From positions 18,701-82,700 of the forward strand of contig CAJVZM010000001.1 in the NCBI GenBank assembly GCA_913020475.1: a stretch of DNA of 64,000 nt, given 5' to 3'. Shown piece after piece: positions 47,988 to 57,721 of the stretch. How positions within the stretch are numbered: the stretch's first letter is position 1; every line of letters starts with the position of its first letter. Made by a program: the position numbers and the translations under genes. The notes beneath the pieces were generated by a model. The model was not told the origin of the DNA. It saw nothing but the letters and a program-made list of their open reading frames with translations, and made no database searches. The DNA comes from an uncultured Flavobacteriaceae bacterium. Its GTDB lineage: Bacteria > Bacteroidota > Bacteroidia > Flavobacteriales > Flavobacteriaceae.

Positions 47988-47995
47988 CAAATGTA
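47988..47995 (-). promoter_or_regulatory. Candidate -7 promoter box (TACATTTG on the minus strand)
   Basis: Plus-strand CAAATGTA is the reverse complement of TACATTTG, which fits TAnnTTTG. It lies 34 nt upstream of the ATG at 47953. Confidence 0.4.
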
Positions 47996-48035
47996 GCAAA
48001 AAAGCAATGATGGTCAATATAAAAAAAATCAAAGT

Positions 48036-49577
48036 GTGAATTTAAAACGGATCTACTTAATTTGTTTGATTTTGATTGCCTGTGGTCCATCCCCCATCAA
48101 AAAACAACTACCACCTAATATTATTTTTATAATGTCTGATGACCATACCAGTCAAGCCTGGGGGGTTTATGGAGGTGTTTTACAAAATTATGCGGTTAAC
48201 CAAAACATCCAGAGATTAGTGGCAGAAGGGGTGGTTTTGGACAATGCCTTTTGTACCAATTCCATTTGTGTACCCAGCCGAGCTTCGGTACTTACTGGAC
48301 AATACAGTCACAACAATAAAGTGTATACCCTTAACGACGCATTGGACCCCAACCGAAAGAATGTGGCCCAACTCCTTCAAAAATCAGGTTACCAAACAGC
48401 AATTGTTGGAAAATGGCACTTAAAAGAAAAACCTTCTGGTTTTGACTATTTCAACATTCTGCCAGGACAGGGGAGGTATCACAATCCCATTTTAAAAGAC
48501 AAAAACAATTGGGAGTACGGAAACAAGGGAGGTAAGGAGTACGAGGGATTCTCTGCCGATGTAATCATGGATGAATCTCTCAAGTGGCTGGATCAAAGAG
48601 AGAAAGATAAGCCCTTTATGTTGATGACTCATTTTAAAGCTACCCACGAGCCATTTGACTATCCAGAACGATTTAAAAATTTATTTGAAAAAGACACCAT
48701 TCCAGAGCCTGTCTCATTACTTGATTTTGATTCTCAAGAGTCAGGACGGAGTTTCGAAGGGCAAATTCTCGAAATTTTGGCAGAGCGTTGGCGGCATGCC
48801 TCAGTTAAGAACAATGGCCGTTACCCAGGGCTTCCATTTGATACAGAGGGATTGAATAATGTTCAGGCCAGAAAAAAAACATATCAAAAATTTGTCAAAG
48901 ACTTTTTGAAATCAGCGGCTGCCATTGATGATAATATTGGTAAAATGTTGAATTATTTGGATGAAAACGGTTTGACCGACAATACTTTGATTATCTATAC
49001 TTCTGATCAAGGCTATTTTTTGGGGGAACACGGAATGTTCGACAAGCGAATGTTTTTGGAAGAGTCCGCTCGTATGCCTTTTGTTATTCGTTATCCCAAT
49101 GAGATTCCTGCAGGAAAAAGAGTAAAAGATATCATCCTGAATATCGACTTTCCCTCACTGCTTTTGGACTACGCAAGGGTTCCCCAACCAGACCAATTTC
49201 AGGGAGAGAGCTTTCGTAAAAACCTCCTTATGGAAACTCCTGATCATTGGAGAGACAAAATGTATTATCGATACTACGCTCATTCACTCAATCGACCAGC
49301 TCATCTGGGTATTCGTACAGATCGTCATAAATTGATTTTTTACTACGGTCTCTCATTAGGTCTAAAGGGAACCTACACCAATCAAGCCACTCCACCTGCT
49401 TGGGAATTTTACGATTTGGAAAATGACCCACTCGAACTAAAAAACCAATACCAAAATCCAAAATATAAAAACATCATTCAGCTATTAAAAAAAGATCTTG
49501 TGGATTTAAGAGCAAACTATGGAGATGCCCTGACCGACGGAGTTCAGATGAAAAAAGTAATTCAAGAAAACTGGTAA
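48036..49577 (+). CDS. S1 sulfatase, lipoprotein
   Basis: 513 aa with a GTG start and lipobox LIAC. NIIFIMSDDHTSQAWG, CVPSRASVLTG, GKWH and SDQG are present. Confidence 0.85.
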   Translation: MNLKRIYLICLILIACGPSPIKKQLPPNIIFIMSDDHTSQAWGVYGGVLQNYAVNQNIQRLVAEGVVLDNAFCTNSICVPSRASVLTGQYSHNNKVYTLNDALDPNRKNVAQLLQKSGYQTAIVGKWHLKEKPSGFDYFNILPGQGRYHNPILKDKNNWEYGNKGGKEYEGFSADVIMDESLKWLDQREKDKPFMLMTHFKATHEPFDYPERFKNLFEKDTIPEPVSLLDFDSQESGRSFEGQILEILAERWRHASVKNNGRYPGLPFDTEGLNNVQARKKTYQKFVKDFLKSAAAIDDNIGKMLNYLDENGLTDNTLIIYTSDQGYFLGEHGMFDKRMFLEESARMPFVIRYPNEIPAGKRVKDIILNIDFPSLLLDYARVPQPDQFQGESFRKNLLMETPDHWRDKMYYRYYAHSLNRPAHLGIRTDRHKLIFYYGLSLGLKGTYTNQATPPAWEFYDLENDPLELKNQYQNPKYKNIIQLLKKDLVDLRANYGDALTDGVQMKKVIQENW

Positions 49578-49651
49578 ATCGATTAAACCAAATAAATCCT
49601 ATTTATTTCATCTAGTTTTCTGGAAAGGATTTGTGATGGTTGTTTTATGTT

Positions 49652-51136
49652 ATGAAAAAATCAATTCAATACCTAATATTTATACTTTTGGCTTTTGCTT
49701 GTAAATCCGAAACAAAAGCCCCAGAGACTCCTTCTCCTAATATTCTTTTTATTGCGGTTGACGATCTGAGACCCGAATTGGGAATCTATGGAAATCAGTT
49801 TGTCAAAAGTCCCAATATTGATAAACTGGCAAGAGAAGGCAGTTTTTTTAAAAGACACTATGTACAAGTTCCTACTTGTGGCGCTTCGCGGTTCAGTATG
49901 ATGACAGGACTTAGGCCTCAAAAAAAAGTCCACATAGAAAATGGTGTTTTTTATAAGCAAATGGCCAATCAAAATGAGAAAGGGCGTCCCGAATCTTTTG
50001 TCCATCATTTTAGAAGAAATGGTTACACCACTGTTGGCATTGGTAAATTGAGTCATTCTGTAGATGGACTGGTCTATGACTTCGGAGAAGAACCCTCAAA
50101 CATAAAAGAAATGCCCTACAGTTGGGATCGTTTTGTGTTCAACCCCGGTAAATGGAAAACAGGATGGAACGCTTTTTTTGGTTATGCCAATGGGGAAAAC
50201 CGTCAAAGTTTAAACGGCCAAGTAAAACCCTATGAAAGTGCTGAGGTTTCCGACGAGGGGTATCCTGACGGTTTAATTCTTAAAAGTGCAGTGCAGGAAT
50301 TAAGAAAATTAAAAACCCACCAAAAACCATTTTTTTTAGGTGTTGGATTTTTCAAACCCCATTTGCCTTTTAACGCTCCTAAAAAATATTGGGACTTATA
50401 CGACCGATCAAATATTCCCATTGCCTCCGATCCCTTTATCCCTCAGAATGTTCATCCTAAAAGTATTGGGAAAATGGGAGAGTTTTATAATTATAAATTA
50501 TCGGATGAGAAGCCAACTTTAGACCAAGCCGTTTCAGATGATTATGCGCGAAAATTAATCCACGGATATTATGCCTCCATAAGTTATATAGATCATCTGA
50601 TAGGTCAACTCTTGAAAGAACTCAAGTTGCTTGATCTGGACAAAAACACTATGATTATTCTTTGGGGCGATCATGGTTGGCATTTGGGAAATGACAGAAA
50701 ATGGGGGAAACACAGTCTTTTTGAGCGATCTCTTAAAAGCGCTTTGATTGTTAAACTGCCCGGGAGCCAAAACAAATTACGTGAGATCAATACCATTGTT
50801 GAGTCGGTCGATTTATACCCTACACTTTTAGATTATTGTGGAATATCTCCACCTCATGACTTGGATGGTAAAAGCCTTTTGGGATTGATTCAATCTGGTA
50901 AATCAGACAAAGTCAACCAGGCTTTTAGCTTTTGGAAGGATGGAATTAGTATCAGAACTGATTCTTATCGTTTGACAAAGTTTTACAGGGAGGAAGAGCC
51001 TAGGGTCGAATTATATAACCATCTTGTCGATCCGAAGGAAAACATCAATATCGCTGCTGATCGACCAAAATTAGTTGATTCGTTGACATTAGTTTTGGAG
51101 GAGAAGCTACCGGAATTTTACCTTAAAATTAATTAA
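49652..51136 (+). CDS. S1 sulfatase with Cys-x-Ala-x-Arg motif variant (iduronate-2-sulfatase-like)
   Basis: The ATG at 49652 (MKKSIQYLIFILLAFAC) is preferred over the TTG at 49640. NILFIAVDDLRPELG, TCGASRFSMMTG (49877-49891) and WGDHGWHLG are present. Confidence 0.8.
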   Translation: MKKSIQYLIFILLAFACKSETKAPETPSPNILFIAVDDLRPELGIYGNQFVKSPNIDKLAREGSFFKRHYVQVPTCGASRFSMMTGLRPQKKVHIENGVFYKQMANQNEKGRPESFVHHFRRNGYTTVGIGKLSHSVDGLVYDFGEEPSNIKEMPYSWDRFVFNPGKWKTGWNAFFGYANGENRQSLNGQVKPYESAEVSDEGYPDGLILKSAVQELRKLKTHQKPFFLGVGFFKPHLPFNAPKKYWDLYDRSNIPIASDPFIPQNVHPKSIGKMGEFYNYKLSDEKPTLDQAVSDDYARKLIHGYYASISYIDHLIGQLLKELKLLDLDKNTMIILWGDHGWHLGNDRKWGKHSLFERSLKSALIVKLPGSQNKLREINTIVESVDLYPTLLDYCGISPPHDLDGKSLLGLIQSGKSDKVNQAFSFWKDGISIRTDSYRLTKFYREEEPRVELYNHLVDPKENINIAADRPKLVDSLTLVLEEKLPEFYLKIN

Positions 51137-51287
51137 ATTTTACTAATTAGTTATTAATAAGGAGGTTTGAGTGGGCATAAAAATTCTACAGACTTTTTTG
51201 TCAGAAAATTTCAAATTAGCACTCCTTTGCAAAAACGAAGATGTTAAGAAAAACAAAAAAAAATAAAAATTTGTGCAAAGTTTTTGT

Positions 51288-51295
51288 TAAGTTTG
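51288..51295 (+). promoter_or_regulatory. Candidate -7 promoter box for susC (TAAGTTTG)
   Basis: It fits TAnnTTTG exactly and lies 70 nt upstream of the susC ATG. Confidence 0.4.
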
Positions 51296-51312
51296 TCTGA
51301 ATAGAAACTTTT

Positions 51313-51324
51313 GTGTGCGCACAC
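51313..51324 (+). promoter_or_regulatory. PUL box copy c: GTGTGCGCACAC, a perfect 12-bp palindrome
   Basis: It lies 17 nt downstream of the TAAGTTTG box and 41 nt upstream of the susC ATG at 51366. Confidence 0.5.
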
Positions 51325-51365
51325 TATTTAATGCACATAAAATTAACGATATAACAATTTAAAAT

Positions 51366-54300
51366 ATGAAAATTAAAAATCATCACTTTTTAGTGACGTT
51401 AATGCTTTTTTTGACAGTCAATTTGAGCTTTTCGCAAAAAACTATTACCGGAAATGTCTCCGATGAATCAGGAGTGCCTCTACCTGGAGTCAATGTGATC
51501 ATTAAAGGTACGCAAGATGGAACTTCCACAGATTTCGATGGAAATTATTCAATCACAACTTCAGACGATGATGTGTTAACTTTCTCCTACGTTGGTTTTT
51601 TGGACCAAGAAATTGATGTCGCCAATGCTGACTCATTTAATGTATCCTTGGAAATGGGATCAGACGAATTAGAAGAGATTGTTTTGACAGGTTATGGATC
51701 GGTTAAAAAGAGAGATTTGACAGGAGCCATTGCCCAAATTAAAACAGAGGTAATTCAGAGAGCCAATCCAATTCAAACTGCTGCATCCCTCCAGGGACAA
51801 GCTGCCGGTGTGTTGATTACTAAAAATTCAAGTAGACCCGGTGATGAATTTGATATTAACATAAGAGGTCTAAATAACTTTGATGACGAAAAAACAAAAC
51901 CCTTAGTAGTTGTTGATGGAATTCTAGGAGCTAATATTGATGATATTAATCCAGTTGATATTCAGACTATTGATGTTCTCAAAGATGCTTCCTCTACTGC
52001 AGTTTACGGTTCTCGTGGCGCTAATGGTGTTATTATTATAACCACTAAAAAGGGTTCATCAGGAAAACCTAGTGTATCTTATAATGGTTATTATGGTATA
52101 AGAACAAAGGCTCATATTCCAAATATTATGAATTCTCAGCAGTTTTACGAAATGTACAAAGATGAAGATAGATATGGTAGAGGTTTTACAGCTCAAGAAA
52201 TGTACAATGTAAATAATGGGATTACCACCGATTGGTTAGATTTAGTAACACGTGATGCGATTCAACAAAATCATACAATTTCAGTTTCAGGTGGATCTGA
52301 TTCAACAACTTATAATTTCTCAGCTGGGAAACAATTGGAAGAGGGTCTTGTTAATTATTCAGACTATGGTCGTTTAAGTTTAAACGCGGGTATTGAAAGT
52401 ATTGTATCAGACAAATTTAAAGTTGGATTTACTGCTTATATTACCGATAATGAAAGAAATTGGGGATCTGATTCAGCAGTAAGATCTGCAATGAGAGTAA
52501 GGCCGACCGCTACTCCTTATTTTGATAATATTGTTGAACCAAACAAACGTGACACTAATTTTGGTCCTGTCGGAGATTATGCTTTCTTTATGGGTATTAA
52601 TGACTCTCAATCAATTAATCCATTGGTTGAAATTGATCCTGATAACTTTCAAAGACAAAGAAGGTCTAACTCAATAATTGCTAATGTATATCTTGAGTAT
52701 GAATTATTTCCAGATTTAAAATTAAAAACTTCATATTCTGCGTACAGTAACAATCAAAGAGAAGGACAATATATAGGGACGAACACTAAAAATAACAAAG
52801 GATCAAAAAATCCATATGCCTCAACAATTCAAACCAAAACTTCCAATTACACACTTGATAACACTTTGACCTATTTAAAGCAATTCGGAAAGCATTCCAT
52901 CAACGCTACAGCTCTTTTCAGTGTTTTTGAAGAGTATAATACAGCAATGAACATTAATGTACAGGATCTCCCTTATAAGTCACTGTGGCATGGTCTAAAT
53001 ACTGGGGCAACTATTGAATCTTATGGTTCCAGTTTAAGTGAGTATGCGATTGTATCTTACATGGGAAGAATTAATTATAGTTTTGATGATAAATATCTGT
53101 TAACGATTACTGGCCGACAAGACGGAGCATCTCAGTTAGCCGAGGGAAATAAATGGGCTTTTTTCCCATCAGCTGCAGTTGGCTGGAGATTATCTGAGGA
53201 ATCTTTTGTTAAAGGGCTCGGAGTTTTTAATAATTTAAAATTAAGAGCTAGTTATGGAGAAGTTGGAAATAATTCAAGTATTAGCCCATATGCCACTCAG
53301 GCAAATATTTTTCAGACCTTCTATGATTTTGGTGGAAATCCATCATCAGGCTACACAATAAATACTTTGGCAAATCAAGGAGTTGTGTGGGAGAGGAGTA
53401 AAGAGGTTAATTTTGGTTTAGACTTTTCCTTGAGCGGCATCCAATTAAGCGGAACGGTTGAATATTATAAAAGAAATACTGAAGATTTAATTTTAGATGA
53501 TAAAGTTCCAAATTCTACAGGATTTAACAATGTACTGGATAATGTGGGAGAAATTGAAAATAGTGGTATTGAAGTCACACTTAATTCTGTAAATTTAAGT
53601 AAAGGAGATTTTAAATGGTCTTCTAACTTAACTTTTACCGCTAATGATGATAAAGTTATAAAGCTTGCTGGTGGTCTTACTGAGGATATAGGAAATAAAC
53701 GATTTGTTGGAGAGTCTGTTAAAGCATATTATACTTATAAGTTCGATGGCATTTGGCAACTTGGACAGGAGGCTGAAGCAGCTGAATTTAAACAAGTGCC
53801 GGGACAAGTAAGAATTCGTGACCTTAATGGTGATAAAAAAATTAATACTGATGATAGAATGATAGTTGGTAAGGGTACTCCAGATTGGACGGCTGGTTTG
53901 AGAAATCAGTTCAATTATAAAAATTGGGATATGTCCTTTTTTGTATATACTAGGCAAGGTCAAATGTATTCAAATGAATTTTTGAATGCTACATATGGAA
54001 AAATTGAAGACGATCGTTACAATAGATCTACAGATATTGATTATTGGACTCCCGAAAATCCAAGTAATACATACTATAATCCAGTAACTGGTCCGGGACT
54101 AAGTAGTAAAAATGAAAAAAAGGGAGGTACTTCTCGAGTCGGATTGAGTTACCAGTTAGCAGATTTTGTAAGAATTTCAGATGTTACAATGGGATATAGC
54201 TTACCTAGTGAGATTTTAAGTGAACTTGGTGTATCAAGATTTAGAGTTTACGGTCAAGTTCAGAACCCATTTATTTTTACTGATTTCCTATCCTTTGATC

Positions 54301-54377
54301 CTGAATTTAATTCAGGAGGTGGTGATGATGGTCTCCCTGCTCTTACTTTATTAGTTGGGGTTAACATTAATTTTTAA
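51366..54377 (+). CDS. susC: SusC/RagA family TonB-dependent outer membrane transporter
   Basis: 1003 aa. It has a carboxypeptidase-regulatory-like N-terminus (ITGNVSDESGVPLPGVNVIIKGT), plug motifs (LTGYGSVKKRDLTGAI, DVLKDASSTAVYGSRGANGVIIITTKKG) and a terminal aromatic residue (NINF). Confidence 0.9.
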   Translation: MKIKNHHFLVTLMLFLTVNLSFSQKTITGNVSDESGVPLPGVNVIIKGTQDGTSTDFDGNYSITTSDDDVLTFSYVGFLDQEIDVANADSFNVSLEMGSDELEEIVLTGYGSVKKRDLTGAIAQIKTEVIQRANPIQTAASLQGQAAGVLITKNSSRPGDEFDINIRGLNNFDDEKTKPLVVVDGILGANIDDINPVDIQTIDVLKDASSTAVYGSRGANGVIIITTKKGSSGKPSVSYNGYYGIRTKAHIPNIMNSQQFYEMYKDEDRYGRGFTAQEMYNVNNGITTDWLDLVTRDAIQQNHTISVSGGSDSTTYNFSAGKQLEEGLVNYSDYGRLSLNAGIESIVSDKFKVGFTAYITDNERNWGSDSAVRSAMRVRPTATPYFDNIVEPNKRDTNFGPVGDYAFFMGINDSQSINPLVEIDPDNFQRQRRSNSIIANVYLEYELFPDLKLKTSYSAYSNNQREGQYIGTNTKNNKGSKNPYASTIQTKTSNYTLDNTLTYLKQFGKHSINATALFSVFEEYNTAMNINVQDLPYKSLWHGLNTGATIESYGSSLSEYAIVSYMGRINYSFDDKYLLTITGRQDGASQLAEGNKWAFFPSAAVGWRLSEESFVKGLGVFNNLKLRASYGEVGNNSSISPYATQANIFQTFYDFGGNPSSGYTINTLANQGVVWERSKEVNFGLDFSLSGIQLSGTVEYYKRNTEDLILDDKVPNSTGFNNVLDNVGEIENSGIEVTLNSVNLSKGDFKWSSNLTFTANDDKVIKLAGGLTEDIGNKRFVGESVKAYYTYKFDGIWQLGQEAEAAEFKQVPGQVRIRDLNGDKKINTDDRMIVGKGTPDWTAGLRNQFNYKNWDMSFFVYTRQGQMYSNEFLNATYGKIEDDRYNRSTDIDYWTPENPSNTYYNPVTGPGLSSKNEKKGGTSRVGLSYQLADFVRISDVTMGYSLPSEILSELGVSRFRVYGQVQNPFIFTDFLSFDPEFNSGGGDDGLPALTLLVGVNINF

Positions 54378-54395
54378 TCCTAAATCAGCCATACA

Positions 54396-56276
54396 ATGAA
54401 AATTTTAAAAGAAATTAAAAAAGAAATGAAAACATTAAATAAAATTTTAATCACTTTCTCTTTATTGGTTGCAATGAGTTGTGAGCCTGAATCTCTTCTT
54501 AAAGAGGAGAGTATTTCAAATCAAACTGCTGAAGCATATTTTTCTACTACTTCCGGTTTTGAAGATTTGAGTAAGTCAATTTATCCACTTTTAAGACCTA
54601 TAGCTCAACTTAGGTCACTAACTTTAAATGGAACTGATATTTTTACAGGTAGTGGTGGTTATAGAAATATTGATACTGGACTCAATGTTAATATTGATAC
54701 TTATGGACCTGAACTCACTGCTGGTATATCTGAAGTTCAAGACTTTTGGGTTTACCATTATAAAGCAATAAATCGAGCAAATACGCTTATTTCAAGAGCT
54801 GAAACGATTGAAACTGTAGGGTCATATGCGTCTACGCGTGATGTTAGAGTTGGAGAAGCAAAGTTTATTAGGGCATATTGCCTTTTTTCACTTGTTCAGC
54901 AATTTGGTGATATTCCGATGCCTCTTTCAGAAACTATTAGTGCTAATAAAGAAGTAGTAAGGGTCCCTTCTGCCGAAGTCTACTCACGAATAATTACTGA
55001 TTTGACTGAAGCTGAAGCAGTTTTACCCGCATCTGCATCTGATTATGGTAGAGCCAACAAAGGAGCAGCCCAACATCTCCTTGCAAGAGTTTATTTAACT
55101 AGAGGTTGGAATTTTGGAAATTCATTGGGAGGGACAGCTGCTGATTTTGAACAAGCAAGAGTTTATGCTGACAAAGTTATTGCTGCTCATCCAATGGTAT
55201 CGGATTATAAGGATCTTTTTCCGAAAAAGAATGAAAATGTAACAGATCAAACTCATGGTCCCGGTGATCAAAATTACAAAAACAGTGAAACAATATTATC
55301 TGTTCAATATTCCAATAGCCCTCTTTATAGTGTTGGGGAAAACTCTGATGCAATTGGGGGTGACGATATTCCGGATGATTGGGGTAATAATTCACATAGT
55401 ATTTTTGGTGGATCTCATGATGAATGTCCTGGGAGTCCAGGTAGAACATCTGACTACAACAGACAATTGGGTTATCACAGTACTGTGCCTGGTGTTTGGC
55501 GACTTTTTGATCCTGAGACTGATACAAGATATCATTTAAACTTTGTCGAAAAGGTTTATGCTGTCGTTGATAATCCTGGATTTGTTCCTGCAGATGGTGT
55601 TGCTGCAATTGATATCAAAGCTGGCGATGTAGTTGTCGAGTATAGAGATTGGAATAATCCAGCGACTACCCTAGCAGAAAGAGGAAAGGATGTAGGAGGA
55701 AATATGGATTACGCCGTAATTAATATTGATCAGCTCGGAAAAATAGATGAATCTAATTATCATAACAACAGTAAGCACCCAATGATGTGGAAGTTTTGGG
55801 AGCCAGGTATTGAGTATGGCAACGGTTACGGCGAATTTGACCAACCACTTATGAGGTCTTCAGAGGCATACCTTATAGCTGCTGAGGCTATAGTAAAGGG
55901 TGCTAGTGCTGGATCTGTTGGTTCAGCGGTTGACTATTACAATACAGTTGTTGATCGAGCAGTTGGTGGATCTGGTGCTGATGCCGATATGGCTGCTGAT
56001 CCAAATGATTTAAGTTCAACTACTGCCAAAAGCTACCGAGCTTCAGGATCTGTTACAATTGAAATGATTTTGGATGAAAGAGCACGTGAGTTTATGGGTG
56101 AGGGACTTAGATGGTATGATTTAAAAAGAACAGGGACTTTAATTAGTAGAAGTAAAGCATTCAATCCATGGATAGGTGCCCTTAATTATATTCAAGAATA
56201 CCACTATTTAAGACCTATTCCACTATCTGAAATTGATCTAGCTACCAACGATGTAAGCCAAAACCCTGGCTACTAA
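54396..56276 (+). CDS. susD: SusD/RagB family nutrient-binding lipoprotein
   Basis: It lies directly after susC. The lipobox is LVAMSC, and the true start may be the ATG at 54426 (MKTLNKILITF). ERAREFMGEGLRWYDLKRTG is the SusD C-terminal signature. Confidence 0.85.
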   Translation: MKILKEIKKEMKTLNKILITFSLLVAMSCEPESLLKEESISNQTAEAYFSTTSGFEDLSKSIYPLLRPIAQLRSLTLNGTDIFTGSGGYRNIDTGLNVNIDTYGPELTAGISEVQDFWVYHYKAINRANTLISRAETIETVGSYASTRDVRVGEAKFIRAYCLFSLVQQFGDIPMPLSETISANKEVVRVPSAEVYSRIITDLTEAEAVLPASASDYGRANKGAAQHLLARVYLTRGWNFGNSLGGTAADFEQARVYADKVIAAHPMVSDYKDLFPKKNENVTDQTHGPGDQNYKNSETILSVQYSNSPLYSVGENSDAIGGDDIPDDWGNNSHSIFGGSHDECPGSPGRTSDYNRQLGYHSTVPGVWRLFDPETDTRYHLNFVEKVYAVVDNPGFVPADGVAAIDIKAGDVVVEYRDWNNPATTLAERGKDVGGNMDYAVINIDQLGKIDESNYHNNSKHPMMWKFWEPGIEYGNGYGEFDQPLMRSSEAYLIAAEAIVKGASAGSVGSAVDYYNTVVDRAVGGSGADADMAADPNDLSSTTAKSYRASGSVTIEMILDERAREFMGEGLRWYDLKRTGTLISRSKAFNPWIGALNYIQEYHYLRPIPLSEIDLATNDVSQNPGY

Positions 56277-56295
56277 AGGAAATATTTTTTAAACC

Positions 56296-56336
56296 AAAAC
56301 CCGTTTTTGATGATTAACAAAAACGGGTTTTTTTTT
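56296..56336 (+). terminator. Rho-independent terminator after susD
   Basis: There is a 13-bp perfect stem AAAACCCGTTTTT/AAAAACGGGTTTT with a 10-nt loop, running into a T run. It lies 20 nt after the susD stop. Confidence 0.7.
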
Positions 56337-56379
56337 ATTTTTATTAAATAAAATTAGAGCTTTCATTTTGATCCATTCA

Positions 56380-57573
56380 ATGAGGTATTTTTATATTTTT
56401 ATATTTTTCACTCTAACTATTTCCGGGCAATATAATTTTGATAATCTCGAAAAGAGAATGCGTCAATTTATTGATGAAAAGGAATTGGTAGGCTTTCAAA
56501 CTATTATTATTAAAGAAGGGAAGGTGATTCATTACGATAAATACGGGTTTGCAGATCTAGAGCAAAAAAAACCAATTCAAGACAACAGTATCTTTAGAAT
56601 TGCTTCTATCACCAAATGCATCGTTGCGGTAGGGATCATGAAGCTTTATGATCAAGGTTATTTTAAGTTAAATGATCCAATAGGGCAATACATTCCTGAA
56701 TATCAAAATCCGATGGTTTTCCAACCTGACGGTTCTCTAAAACCAGCATCAAATCCTATCAGAATAATAGATGTTTTACGTCACACCACAGGCATTGGTA
56801 AGCTTTATCCTTTTTTAAGAGAAAAGTATAATGAGCTAAAAAGAAATCCGTCTTATGACTTAAAAATGGAAATCATGCGAATGAGTAAAATTCCATTGGC
56901 TGCAGATCCAGGAACTCAGTGGATTTATAGTCCATCGGTAAGTCTTGGAGCCTATTTGGTTGAAAAATTGACAGGTACTAAAATCGAAGACTACTTAAAA
57001 TCAGAAATTTTTGATCCTTTACAGATGGAGGATACCTTTTTTGAGATTCCAAAAGAGAAGTATGATCGATTTACTACTGGCTATTTATTAAACAAAAAAG
57101 GGGGATATTCAGTTATCGATCACCCAAGCAATTCTCCCTACACTCAAAAAGTAACTTTTTGTAATCCTGCAGGTGGATTGGCTTCTACCATAAAGGATTT
57201 CTCAAAATTCTGCCTCATGCTTTTGAACAATGGTACTTATAAGGGGCAAAAAATATTGGAAAAACAAACTGTTCAATTAATGATACAAGACCAACTCGAG
57301 GGTATTAAAAACGGGAGACCCAGTGATGACATTCACAAACCCAACGACGCCATAGGCTTCGGTTTCACATTCAATGTCATAAGAAATATTGATGACTATC
57401 CATACCCAGGAAGTCAGGGTAGTTATGGCTGGCATGGATCGTGGGGTCCTTATTTTAAAATCGATCCTAAAGAGAATTTGGTGATGATACTGATGACTCA
57501 AATGAAAGGATGGGATCATTCTAGAAAAGAGATTTTTGAAAACTATGTTTACAATGCAATCCTCAAGAATTGA
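56380..57573 (+). CDS. Serine hydrolase of the beta-lactamase/class C esterase family, secreted
   Basis: The ATG at 56380 (MRYFYIFIFFTLTISGQ) is preferred over the TTG at 56368. The S-x-x-K motif is in FRIASITK, and YS and W/HG elements occur later. Confidence 0.8.
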   Translation: MRYFYIFIFFTLTISGQYNFDNLEKRMRQFIDEKELVGFQTIIIKEGKVIHYDKYGFADLEQKKPIQDNSIFRIASITKCIVAVGIMKLYDQGYFKLNDPIGQYIPEYQNPMVFQPDGSLKPASNPIRIIDVLRHTTGIGKLYPFLREKYNELKRNPSYDLKMEIMRMSKIPLAADPGTQWIYSPSVSLGAYLVEKLTGTKIEDYLKSEIFDPLQMEDTFFEIPKEKYDRFTTGYLLNKKGGYSVIDHPSNSPYTQKVTFCNPAGGLASTIKDFSKFCLMLLNNGTYKGQKILEKQTVQLMIQDQLEGIKNGRPSDDIHKPNDAIGFGFTFNVIRNIDDYPYPGSQGSYGWHGSWGPYFKIDPKENLVMILMTQMKGWDHSRKEIFENYVYNAILKN

Positions 57574-57721
57574 TTCCTCTACTTTCATTAAACATTTTTA
57601 TATAGATAATAATATTATAAATTTTAATTAACTTAATTACAGTTTATTAGAGACATTTTTTTTTACAAGAATTTTAGACATGAAAAATATTTTTTATTTA
57701 TAAATAAATTATATTTACTAA

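Noticed and set aside
47954-48007. An 18-codon N-terminal extension of the tandem DUF1080 ORF (MLFCYICVYAHKTLISCI).
   Set aside because: It reads through the promoter box and the palindromic PUL box. The internal ATG at 47953 is followed by a normal signal peptide, so the extension is most likely not translated.
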